Below, one piece after another: positions 11,705-23,237 of a stretch of DNA of 64,000 nucleotides. The position numbers and the translations under genes were made by a program. Where the stretch lies: positions 4,712,001 through 4,776,000 of the forward strand of contig OX442314.1 in NCBI GenBank assembly GCA_949358305.1, written 5' to 3'. Every line of letters starts with the position of its first letter. Position 1 is the first letter of the stretch. The stretch is from Strigamia acuminata (taxonomy: Eukaryota). Below the pieces are notes generated by a model. That model was not told the DNA's origin, ran no database searches, and saw only the letters and a program-made list of their open reading frames with translations.

Positions 11705-14700
11705 ATGGAGAGAGAGGATTCAAATCGACCACTCGGCCGAATTCAACAAATGAGAAGACGAAAACTGCTTCAACTTGTTCGCATTACTATGTCGAAGCAA
11801 GAGAGGACTCCGCCATTCATCAAAAGTTTGACAAAAATATTGGAGAAGAAAAGAAATATCAAGATTTTACTTTGTGTGTTACTAATTATCAATTTGGCAG
11901 CTTGTGTTTATCAAACAGTAGATCGGGTATTGTATTTCATGGACGAACCCACAGCAGTTGATGCACACATGATTGAAACAACGCATGGTTCCTTCCCCTA
12001 TGTTTATTTATATCCGTTTACTACGCAAGAATTTAACAATTTCATTTTCAACAAAACAAAAAAATCTAACGACAAAGATCAATGTACAGGATGTGAAATG
12101 TTCCCAACATGTTCAAAATATAGTATCAGTGATATTCTACAATATTCTACTACACATAGTTACATAACTGATGCCTACTTCAAAACAGTAAATCATTTTC
12201 ATTTTTTCTCCTAACCAAACTAGAAAAGTTTAACCAAATGAGGAAAAAATTATATTTACAGCCTAAAATGCGCATTAACCTTACAATTGCAAATTATGAG
12301 ACTGTGGGTTTGGCCATTGCACAAGTTTCCAGTCGTAAGTCAACAATATTTCCTGTTTTCTTTATTTTTACAAGTTCCTTTTTCCCTTAGCAATTTCGAT
12401 TCCATATGGGAATGCTGCTTATAAGATGGTCATAAAACTTAATTTTCCCAAGAAATGTGAAATAGTTCGAGTGAGTATTTAATTTCATCGACAATTCACA
12501 CAATTTATTTTGCATTTCTCACAGCCACAAAATTACACACCACATTTTTAAAAAAATGAGCGTCCCTTTTTAGCTGTCAAAATTGTGAAATACTCAGTAA
12601 TATAAATTTGATAATCATTCTTGAAACGATTGCATTCTATTTTAAGGTGTTAATAGATCCATCATCAGTCGTTTATCATGTATACAAGCCATTCATACAA
12701 CAAATAAAACGTGGCAAACATACAGTTGGGATTAGAGTGCAAGAAGTAAGGATTAAATTGATAATTATTCACACAGAAAAAAGAATTATTTTCTAGCCAT
12801 AAATCAAAAGTATTTCTTGGATCTATCAGCCTTATTTAAGTACAATTGCTAATTATTTACTGATATGTATAAGGGCCATCCGTAATTTACATAATGTTGG
12901 TTTTTGGTTGACTAGAATTAACATCAACATGTAACCTCAAATTTCTGTTACAAGGTCGTAACAAATTCCCTCCCTTCCTCCAGAGAAAATAAGATAATAA
13001 AAAAGACCTCCTTCAGGTGCTATGTTATTTAAGGAAGGCCCCATAATAATACAGGAATTTGAAACATTTACTTTAGAATCATTATATCAACACTAAGAAA
13101 AATCCATGCGATAATAATTTACACGATTGCTTACGCCCATGCCTCGTCAAACGAATGAAATGCAAGTAAGTTTTTTAATTCGACTCAATAACAGAATTCA
13201 ATGAAAGAATATTTATTTCTGTGCATAAATCACAAATCAAAAAATTTCAAAAATATTTTTTTATCTGACTGCTATTAATAAAAATTTGAAGTTAACTTAA
13301 ATATAGGTTGTCACATTAGATATCCATTTTATGAAGCGAGAAATCTACCGGAATGCAATGACAAAGACACTTTGATTCAGTTCAGACTAATAGATAACTT
13401 TATCGGCTCAAATGGTTTAGAATCACAGTGTAGGTGTGCTCATTTATGTGATGAGACAAGTTTCAGCCAAACATTCGAAAGAACACCTGATGATGGATAT
13501 AAAATAGAGATTTATGTTGTCAATACTTTCGTTCGAACATTAGTCGAACACTTTTCTTATGACATCATCAATTTGCTATGCGACATTGGAGGAAACATCG
13601 GCCTCTACTTCGGAATGTCTTGCTTGACACTAGTCGAAATATTCATTCACTTATGCAAAATGTGCATCACCAAACCAATAACACCAAATTACAAGTTGAC
13701 AGATAAAATTGAAATGACGCTTGAAAAGATGCAGAATCGCCGAAAACCAACTTTTGTTAAAAAGTTGATCAAAATCACAACTTCACTTTTCCTTGGCTCG
13801 ATGTCAGTCTACTACATTTACCATTTGATTGATTCTTATTTTCAATTTCCACTCTTGAAAACTGTTAAACTCATTAGAGATGAAAAAATTAATTTTCCAC
13901 TAATTATTGCATGTGCAGACAGTGCAAACATATTACATGCTAAAAAAGAATTAGCCAAAAAACTCAACACAATTGATTGTGATCATTTCCAACTGTTGGA
14001 TTTACTCCATCCACTATCTGAATTCGCAAATCAACCACTGCAATTGTGGAATGCCTCCTCTCTTCTTGATGTCTACGACAGAGACCGGAGAAACGCTCTC
14101 GAGGTAAAAAAAAATTAGAATATTAAATTCAAATATTAAATTCAAACGCGTAGAAATTTAACAAACTTGTAGAGAGGGGCAACAGCAGAAGAAAGTGAAT
14201 TACATTTTGCTAAATTATCATTAAAACCAACAGTGTATGGAATGTGTACTGTGTTTAATGAAGGTAAAAAAACAAGTCACTTTTAATTCTCACTAAATTA
14301 TTTTTACACAGTTGACCGGCCGTTTTCTCGAAAGCAAAACTTTATATGGATTTACGAACAGCTCAGAAGTGACTGTTTTAAACGAGAAGTGAGATAGCAG
14401 CTCATCCTTGACACTGTTAATTGCAGCAGTTACAAATTTCGCTTTCTGTATTCCAGCACTTCATTTTGCCAACAAATCAATTTTTTCATCCGAAATTTCG
14501 TTTAGATGTATCCAACAATTTAAGTTATTTTGTCAACTTCGTCCCTCAAACAGTAAATTCAAAAAATGATAAATCCACTATACTCTGGCTCACTATAAGG
14601 TTGCCCTTTCTCCCATTGGCCGAGTCTCACTACTTCTAACTGTAGACTGTGTTCTACTACTAGACCTGTGCGCCGAGCCCAATTTGTCGGCGGCGGCTTG

Positions 14701-16927
14701 TTGCGGCTGATCGCCACGAGATGGCGGCGGCTCGGATCGGCTTCGTTCGTAGGAGCCGGCGGCTGGCGGCTCAGCCGATGACGTATGGTATCGGCGGCGG
14801 CCAGCCAGCTGATCGGCTAAGCCGAAATTTTTCGATAAAAAATAATGAAAATAACAAAACGAATACGAAATAAACCTGTAAAACCTCCAAACCAAAAAAA
14901 GAAAAGAAAAAAAAATGAAAACAGAAGTGAAATTAAAAAAAAAGAAAGAAAATCCAAAAATATGTTGTTTTTTTTGTTAAGCCTGGTTCACACTTGCGGA
15001 TATGCTGCGAAATTGTTGCATCCGCGGTTTGCTACAATGAGCTGTGATTGGCTGCGAAAAAAAAATTGCGCGGAAAACTAGAAAATATTTCCGCAGCCAA
15101 TCACAGCCCATTTGCAGCAAACCACGGATGCAACGTATCCGTGGCGTATCCGCAAGTGTGAACCAGGCTTTACAAAAAATTTCAGCCGTTCGACGCCGGA
15201 AGATCAGCGGCGGCGGCGGCTTGTAAATTGTCGCCAGGACTCGCCACACGGCGGCGGCGGCTGGGGTCCAGCCGACCAGCCGCCGAGCCGAGTCGGCTAA
15301 GCCGACTCGGCGCACAGGTCTATCTACTACCAGGAAAAGTAGTTTTTATTTTTGTGATTATTATAAAATAAAGATTAAAATGATAGAATTTAAATTTTAT
15401 CTTATAGTAAAATGTTTTTTCCATTTAAAAAATACAGTTTTAAGCTGTGTCTATTTCTACAAACATGTCTGTTCAGTTTATTGGTTGCTTTGTCTGAAAA
15501 GCACACTGTCTGTACATCGATTGCAATTCTGGTGTTTTGGTCTATTTTTCGTATCACTACATAAGTGAAATGGGTCGGCCAATGGGAGAAAGGCCAACCG
15601 TAATAGTAAGCCAGAGTATAGCGCATTCGAAAAGCCGTTGCAACAGTTTAAATAGCGTGATTAGACTTCAAAAATGGCACCAAATTTAATCTGCATCGGG
15701 TGTCATTTAAATGTCTCGATTAAAAAAGTATAAATAAAAAAAAAAATGTTTAACGAGTGCTTTTGAATGCGCCGACCGTTATTTGACAAGTTTATCACTG
15801 CTTAACCAAACCAACTAACAAATTTGAAAACTTGTCGTCACTATTGAGAAATTATCGACAGTTTTGAAAAAATCAAACTTTTCTTTGGTTTGGGACCCCA
15901 ATTTGTTCAAGGGCTCACACTGCAACTTATGTGGGTGTGGCCAAATTGCCATTTAGTTGATTAATCTTTCCAGCTTGTTCGATTAAATACCCCGAGAAGT
16001 CCTTGCAGACCAAATGATGAAGTTTTAAGATGTGAAGAAAACTGCTATGAAAAGATACTCGAGCAACAAACTTTCAATTGCAGGTAACTTGTAATTCATC
16101 CACTAATTACTCTGAATCCCATATTGCACTTTACAAATCATACATTGTTTGAGTATATTCCTAACAATCAAATGGAGCAAATTTATTGGTAACAGCATGT
16201 GTATCCAGGTTTCCATTTATAAACAGCAAAAACAGCCAAAAGGTGTAGAGCACCATTTATTTAGTTTAAAAATTAAACAGTTTAATCGTCTGAAGAAAAA
16301 CTGTTTCAGAATGTTTAATTAAAAAAAAAAAGACTTGCCACAGCTTTGAAGATGAATGATAATATTATTTATTTTTAAAACTTTCAAAGATAGAAATTAA
16401 AATGATTGAAAAAAATGCTCATGAGCATTTGTCATTGTTGCCAATAAATTTAATTTGCCACATTTGATCTACCTTGCTAAGTTGCTACCTTAGCACACTC
16501 AAACAGTTCAAGTGTTTACCCAATTTTTAATAAGTGGAAAAAATCATGTGTCATGGCACACTGTGTATTTCCAGTATATTGTTATATTACTAGACTTCCA
16601 TCCATGGATAAGAGTAAATTTCCCCTTTGCCTAACTCAAGAGACGGCTAAAACAACTTACGAGACATATTTGAAAACTCAGATGAAGACAAACCCCCGGG
16701 AAGACTGTTTCTGCAAACCATCCTGTAACGAAACCATCTTCAATCCTTCAATTATCAGCAGCATAGAGCGCAAATCACAACCGTTTGTTTGGTATGTGAT
16801 TGAAAATAACATGAGAGAAATAATTGAAGAACAGCAAGAGGTTACCATTGTAAAGTTATTGTGTCAGATTGGATCTATTATTGGTATTCTCACCGGTTTC
16901 TCCTTATTTTCTCTTCTTCAATTTTGA
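11705..16927 (+). CDS. DEG/ENaC (ASIC/pickpocket-family) channel, tandem two-subunit protein, copy A; ~771 aa; exons 11705-12187, 12262-12334, 12391-12470, 12647-12745, 13077-13165, 13320-14103, 14173-14263, 14312-14388, 14457-14552, 15974-16083, 16594-16927
   Basis: All 10 introns are GT-AG and the frame stays open (2316 nt). Domain 1: TM1 ILLCVLLIINLAACVYQTV, FPYVYL, Cys-rich thumb, TM2 LLCDIGGNIGLYFGMSCLTLVE. Domain 2: TM1 ITTSLFLGSMSVYYIYHLI, FPLIIAC, TVYGMCTVFN, thumb CFCKPSCNE, TM2 LLCQIGSIIGILTGFSLFSLL. AATAAA at 16955. Confidence 0.88.
12871..13042. mobile_element. Degenerate MITE (GGGCCRTCC…GGAAGGCCCC, Harbinger-like) in intron 4, shared by all gene copies; related end at ~1790-1809
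   Basis: Imperfect inverted termini; similar sequence TAATTTATGGACGGCCCCT near 1800. Confidence 0.4.
14661..15322. mobile_element. Non-autonomous hAT-like element in intron 9 of copy A
   Basis: TIR TAGACCTGTGCGCCGAG; 8-bp TSD TCTACTAC; absent from the same intron in copies B and C. Confidence 0.85.
14980..15169. mobile_element. PIF/Harbinger-like MITE nested in the hAT element
   Basis: TIR AGCCTGGTTCACACTTGCGGATA; TTA on both flanks; largely palindromic. Confidence 0.8.
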
Positions 16928-16954
16928 TTGCCTTTAATTCCACGAGTTTAAAAT

Positions 16955-16960
16955 AATAAA
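16955..16960 (+). promoter_or_regulatory. Candidate polyadenylation signal of copy A (copy C equivalent 41438-41443)
   Basis: AATAAA 28 nt after the stop codon. Confidence 0.55.
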
Positions 16961-17759
16961 ATGTTGCTTAACTTATAACTGGATGCATTCAATTTGTACT
17001 GTAAATGCACTAATAGAATGTGACGTGTGCTTTACAACGCAGGTCTAAATCAAACTAAATTGAAAAAAACGACTAGAATAAATGTCTAAATTGATCAAAA
17101 ACACTAAAAAAAATCGTGGGGGAAATTTAAGTTCTAACAACAAAACGCCTGCATTTATTTAAAGAATCTAGAGTTAGTGGTTAAGCCACTTGTGCAGTGT
17201 CTTACAGTGAAGTTTTACTCCCTTTATTGCACACTTGCAGATCCTCTTTTATTATCATCCTTCTTACTGTGTCTGACCTCCTGAAAATTACGTAAACCAA
17301 TCTTCAGGGTGCTCACGTTGTTTCTCCCTATGCACTTCTCCAAACAACAATTAATCAAGCTCAGTGTTTGTTTTATACGAGAATTTACCAATTAAAAGTC
17401 AATAATACCATCATGTTGAATTTAATTTGAATGCAACATGTTTGAAACACTCATTAGTTATGAGTGTTTCAAACATGAGTCATAACAGATGGCAGCACCA
17501 GCAAAATAAAACCTATCTCTTATCATACGCGGTTTGTTACATGCTTTTGGATTGGTCATTGGAGAGCTAAACGATGACTGTTTTGCAGTCTCCACATTGG
17601 TTGTTAGTTTATGACATAGGTAGTTTACTTCATTTATTGTTGAACATAGAAATACTATATCTTGTAAGCACAATTAAAATCTCACAGAACTTGGAACTTC
17701 ATTCCCAACTTATTATGTACTCTGTATTAATTTATTAAGATAAATGTCAGTTACCATGT

Positions 17760-18008
17760 TGTGACGATTTTACCTTTTCTACCTTTTGCTAAAGATGAGA
17801 TAAACCTAACCTACCAAAATAAGCTAAACTACAGTGTGCGCGCTAAGTGAAAATACAACGTGAATAACTTACAAAGAATATCGATAAATAGTATTGTTTA
17901 TTAACAAGGAGTCCGGGTTCTAAATACACGTGAAATAATGGGGGGCAACATCTGGTTGGATGTGCTGGGCGGGCCGAGAGAAAGGGCTGGCTTCGCGGCA
18001 TTGTCACA
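17760..18008. mobile_element. Possible short solo LTR (TGTGACGAT…ATTGTCACA); copy at 42243-42491
   Basis: Inverted TGTGAC/GTCACA termini; flanks ATGT/ACGT (one mismatch). Confidence 0.4.
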
Positions 18009-19755
18009 ACGTATCGGAGCTAGGCCTAGTTTTAGGCCTACGCAACAATAACGCACGTGGATGCGGAGATTTCTCCGCATCGCTTTTAAACCTATATTTC
18101 ATCGATTAGATCAATCGATTAGATGAGAATTGAACAATTCTCATATGCTACTCTCTATTAATTTATTAAGACAAATGTCAGTTATCATGTACAATTTTGA
18201 TTTCGATTAATTAATGTAACGTTGTAGACAGAAGGTGAACTCACAGTGTCATTTAAACTTATTTCCTGTATATTTTTTAAACCAGTCTAAACGTAAAATT
18301 TTGCTCGTTAAATGTGTAGTGTTTTAATTCATTAAAGCAATTAAATTTGAGTCAAACATGTGCGAGTAATTGATTTTAATTTAAACTCTATTTTCAATTC
18401 AGCAATATTAATATTCATCTAGAAAAACAGATCAATCCCATATTTTACGCCATTATACGCCATTCATGTCCCCTTGTCTTTCTATCAACTTAGATAAACG
18501 GATAAAACCACAGTTGGCTTGTCAGTAGATTTAATCGATACCAAAATGCCAAAATATCTGACACTTAACAAGATGGCCACCTCAAGACCGGTCGCTTTTC
18601 ACTGTCGTCCCTAAGATAGATCGAGAACTTATTTTTAAAAATATCTGATCAGTTGACAAGATGGCCACCGAGACCGGTCGCTTTTCACTGTCGTCACTAG
18701 ATCGAGAACTTATTTTTAAAAATGTTGATAATATGGTCGTTATATTCAACGAAATAGCTAGTGTCAAACCTCCCGGTCGTGCTGCTATCAACAAATTCGA
18801 ATCCAGTGTGAAGAAAATCTATCAAATACTGAATAATGCGCCCATCTCCGAAGCTGACCACGCGGACCATGATTCTGGATCTCGTAGGCGACGAAAAAGA
18901 CAAAAACCAGGTACAGATAGCACAGTAATTAAACCTACTTTGCAACAATCCGCTGATCTCAACCGTGACAATGACTGGCAAACTGATTATTCCAACTTTA
19001 CCAACCACGCGCCTAACCCTAATTCGACAAAACCGCCGGCAAATCAATTGTCTTTCACGCACACCACCATTGCTGATGTCCCCAACTTCATCTCTAAGGA
19101 CACTGAGTACCAATATCGTCAATCCTTCCAATATTGCTGAAAATAATGCTGAAAATAATTTCGTAACGCCCGCATCAACCGCTGCTCGGGCCGACGCCAA
19201 TGAAGCGGACACAGATGTGGCCCGTGCCGCCGCTGCTGCCGCCATTTCCGCGGGTGCCCCAACCACGCTCGTCGTCGGTCTGCTGCATCTTTCCTTCCAC
19301 TTCACCCAGAGAAGAGAGGACCCAATGTATAAAATAATCCAACAATTGACTCTTTTCGTTACCGAAAGTCACACCGAAATTGTCTCTCTACAATAATCGT
19401 TCACCAGTCGCCAGATTTCAACTCCGCCAGTCAGCAACCAACTCCGGACCCAGCGCCCCAACCATTGTGCCCAGTCGACCCTGCTGACGTTCGCACAGGC
19501 GGCAGCCCAGCCTCGCCCGGTGATTGAATACAGCGAATCTCCTCCTGTCGACCCAGTGATGGACTCACGTGCAAACAACACCGCTCAAACTACACGTACC
19601 CGCTCCAACATTGGCACTGTTGATGACTGCACTATCCACGCTGCCACCCCCCTCGATGACCGCCCGACGTCACGCATTCTCCTAAGCAATTTACAGAACT
19701 CCACCACGAACAAAAAAGTCCAGTCATATGCCGAGTCCAGTGCGCCAGGTGGACG

Positions 19756-20928
19756 TGTGACCGTTTTGCCACTGTGGGTCGCCCACGGTGACTCACGTCA
19801 CTCCACACACTGCTCTCTGACCCCTGGTCACCCCCTCTAGCGAGTAGGGCTGACCCAGTGGGGAAGGAGGGAGCTGAGTGGTGTGACTGCTATGGTCTCG
19901 CCAGTGTAGTCAGGGGACTGATAACACTGGGTAGGGACGCATACTTCATGTAAATAACGGGGAATCCCACAATATTGGTTGGTTGGCCTTTATTGTCTTG
20001 TCTAGGGGTATGGGGAATCCCGTTACCCGTTGCAAGGGTGCCACGAAGGCACGCCGCACCGGCAACCGACCCGTCACACACTGGGCGCGAGCCCAATGGG
20101 TGACGTGGTCGGTTCAACGTTACATTCATGCTGTACTTACCTACAGCCCGCAGTGACCACTCATGGAGGCTGTATTGGGTGGAAAACCCAGATACTGAGC
20201 ATCGCTGTGGTGAATGGGAAGGAGTGCAGAGTCCTCTCAGCCGGGACACGCCTTGTCCCCTCATCAACTACAACACCCTGGAACTCTGTCAACACACGAC
20301 CTGCCTGGTCGGTGTCCGCACTCTCTCTCTCTGCAACTCCTCCCCACACCACTTAGCTCCCTCCTTCCCCCGGGCTAGATCACCTTGCCCAATCAGGGGG
20401 TGATCTTGGGGCCGTATGGTGGTGTGTGGCAGTGACGTAGGTCACCCCAGGTGGCCCGACGGTCACAGTGGTGTGGGAGGAGGAGCATTGAGTCGAGAGA
20501 GAGAGTTTGGACAGCACAGAGTGAGGACGTGTGCTAGAGAGTTCCCTTAGCCAGCCTGGGCAGTGCAGTGCCCCAGTTGACTCTGCTTTTCTCCCATTCA
20601 CCACTGTGACGCTCAGTGATAGGGAGATGACCCTATTGCAGCCTCCATGAGCAGCTACATGGGCTGAGGTAAGTAATACCGCAGGAGAATGAGTTACGCC
20701 AACCGACCACGTCATTCATAGCCAAATCGCCCTGTGGATGACGGGCCGGTTGAAGGTGTGGTAGGCCTAATGGCCCCGACACGGGTGAGGTGTACTCCGA
20801 CCCCTAGCCAACGGCTTAAAGGCCAAAAACCAACAATCCGGAGTCCCTGTATCCATTATTTACGTGAGAGTCGATCCCACCCGCGGTAATCAATCCCCAG
20901 ATTGTCGTGAGAGCGATGACCCGTCACA
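19756..20928 (+). mobile_element. Solo LTR (TSD GACG) containing a nested opposite-orientation solo LTR; copy at 44239-45411
   Basis: GACG|TGTGAC…GTCACA|GACG. Confidence 0.85.
19882..20467 (-). mobile_element. Nested solo LTR of the same family (TSD GTGG); copy at 44365-44950
   Basis: GTGG|TGTGAC…GTCACA|GTGG; reverse-complement similarity to the host LTR. Confidence 0.85.
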
Positions 20929-21899
20929 GACGAAGGAAGATAAAACTATTAGAAAGTCCTTTTTCTTGCTCATCGCCACAGACAATATCACCCCGCTTCT
21001 ATCCACGGCCCTCTGGCTTTGTAGCATCGGCGTCCGCCCCTTTCGTGGTAGAAACCCCCCACTTCTTTCATCAACTCAAATTAATGTTTAATTACGCTTA
21101 ATTTGTTTAATTTGTTTTTACCTTGTAATTTACTCCATGGGAGTGCTTAGAATAAAACAAACAAACTATCAATTACGTCAACTCTGCCATGACCTAAGCG
21201 CCATCTGTCGGCTCAAATACAAAATTAAATAACACTGACCATCCGATTCGATCAGCTTTTCGGTTTTGGTCATCTAAATCCGATCCGAATTTTTCCAATG
21301 TATTTGCTCATTTGTCATTTCAATAAAACAAATGAAATGAAGTCATTTCAAACCGAATTTTTCAGCATTCCGATTACATTCTGATTACATTTTGATCACG
21401 TTACGGCCATATTTTGCCGATTCACGGATGTAGATTCTTCTGCCCACCAATTCAATTCTTATTATTGTTTCCAACAACATGAAAAGGCAAAAATGCACTT
21501 ACTGTTTACGGGTGAACGTGGTAGCAACAGAATTCCCAGTGCGCCGATGCGTTCGTGCGCGCCACTGTCCTTCGAACCTCGTTTTCGTCCAGCAAATACT
21601 CCAACATAAATGGCAACTTGATGCAGTTTTCACTTGCTTTTTTTTATTTTTCTGAAAATATTACCAAAAATGATTTAACAATTGTGTTTTCACAACAAAA
21701 GAATCACATTAGGACTCGCTTTGGTTCCGGTGGTGAGTCGTGGAACCTGGAAACCGAGTCGTTCGATTCGTTAACTCGCCGCTAGATGTCACACAAGTAA
21801 GAAACAATTTCCTACATACGAAATTGGAAATAGTTTGATTTCATTTAAAAATCATTTTTTTAAGGCCAAATGTGACATATCAATAGACCACTTATTGCA

Positions 21900-23237
21900 A
21901 TTGAATTATCATTTTAGTGAATTATTCATTGTTGGAAAGTAACTTAGATTACCCCATTAAATGTTTTGTATTTAGATTAAACTCAAACACAAAACTGCAA
22001 CTTCATCAAGTTGAGTTTCTTTGAAATTAGAAATTATACAGTATGTTTGGTGAATTATTCGTTCTTGGAACATTGAATTACAAATGAAATACTAGTATTT
22101 TGTATTTAGATTAAACTCATTCAACAAATGTTAGTGGTAGACAGACATCACATGGCATGAGTGATGCTGCACTGATCTCACTTAGAAGAAAACAACAACT
22201 AGAAACTATATTTGTATTGGCCTTTATTCACATGGTTGTCTAAGGCTTAGTTCCCAGAAATGTTTCCCTTGTCTGGTTTTCATTGCTACAATCCAACCCA
22301 ATATCAACCCTTGACCGTGTTGTTAAGAGACCATGTGGCCAGCGAGATATGATTTCTGCTGTGTCTCTGCACAGGCTTGCTGAGAGCTTCAGGTCAGTAC
22401 CTTCTCAGGTCACACGAGTGCGGTCATGCATCCGTTCATGGTAGTCTAAGAATGTCTCATTCATGAGACCTTGCCAGTCCTTTCTTTCCATTGGTTGCCA
22501 GACTACTTCCGGGACCGGCAGCACCACCTGACAGGGGGCGGTGCCCAGGATAAAAACTAGTAATAAGTGTCAGTAACCGACGGTCACACAAACTCCGGCT
22601 TCATACGATTTTCTTTGAAGTTAAAAATTATATGGTATATCTTGTAAATTATTCATTTTTGGAACGTGACAGACTGACAAATGAAATGTTTTGCATTTAG
22701 ATTAAACTCATTCAACAAACTTCAACGTTATAGATTAGATTTTCTTTGAAATTAGAAATTGTACTTACATCTGGTGAATTATTCATTCTTGGAAAGTAGC
22801 ATGAATAACAAATGTAGAATTTTACATTTAGATTAAACTCACGGAAGAAACTTCAACGTCTAAAATTCATTTTCTTTGAAATTAGAAATTATACAGTACA
22901 TCTGGTGAATTATTCACTGCTGAAGAGTAACATGAATAACAGATGAAAAATTTTGCATTTAGATTAAACTCATTCAACAAACTCCAACGTCATAGATTAG
23001 ATTTTCTTTGAAATTAGAAATTATATGTTACATCTGGTGAATGATTCTTTCCTGGAAAGTAACATGAATAAGAGATGTAGAATTTTGCATTTGGATTAAA
23101 CTCACGCAAGAAACGTCAACGTCTAAAATTCATTTTCTTTGTAATTAGAAATTATACAGTACATCTGGTGAATTATTCATTCCTGGAAAGTAACATGAAT
23201 AACAGATGAAAAATTTTGCATTTAGATTGAACTCATG
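21900..23237. repeat. ~120-bp satellite array with solo LTR (upstream of copy B); duplicate at ~46385-47720
   Basis: Same unit as 3690-4920, different copy number. Confidence 0.85.

Larger units (their letters stand above)
18661..21091 (+). pseudogene. Degenerate ORF resembling non-LTR retrotransposon ORF1 (low-complexity region plus C-terminal RRM-like segment), split by nested solo LTRs; copy at 43144-45574
   Basis: Overlapping broken ORFs. With the LTR removed it reads RILLSNLQNSTTNKKVQSY…CRVQCARWTKEDKTIRKSFFLLIATDNITPLLSTALWLCSIGVRPFRGR, a pattern I associate with LINE ORF1 C-termini. No RT found. Confidence 0.4.

Noticed and set aside
11978..11990. TTHG sequence resembling the DEG/ENaC N-terminal HG gating motif
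   Set aside because: It lies after TM1, just before the FP motif (extracellular), not in the cytoplasmic pre-TM1 segment; probably coincidental.
13372..14118. Treating the 248-aa, 179-aa and 124-aa ORF-track entries as independent genes
   Set aside because: They are exons with intronic overhangs; GT-AG splicing joins them into one frame.
18697..19305. 202-aa minus-strand ORF
   Set aside because: Likely the antisense shadow of the degenerate plus-strand ORF; no recognisable domain.
19890..20715. Several 60-125-aa ORFs on both strands
   Set aside because: They fall inside GC-richer solo LTRs bounded by TSDs and have no protein motifs.
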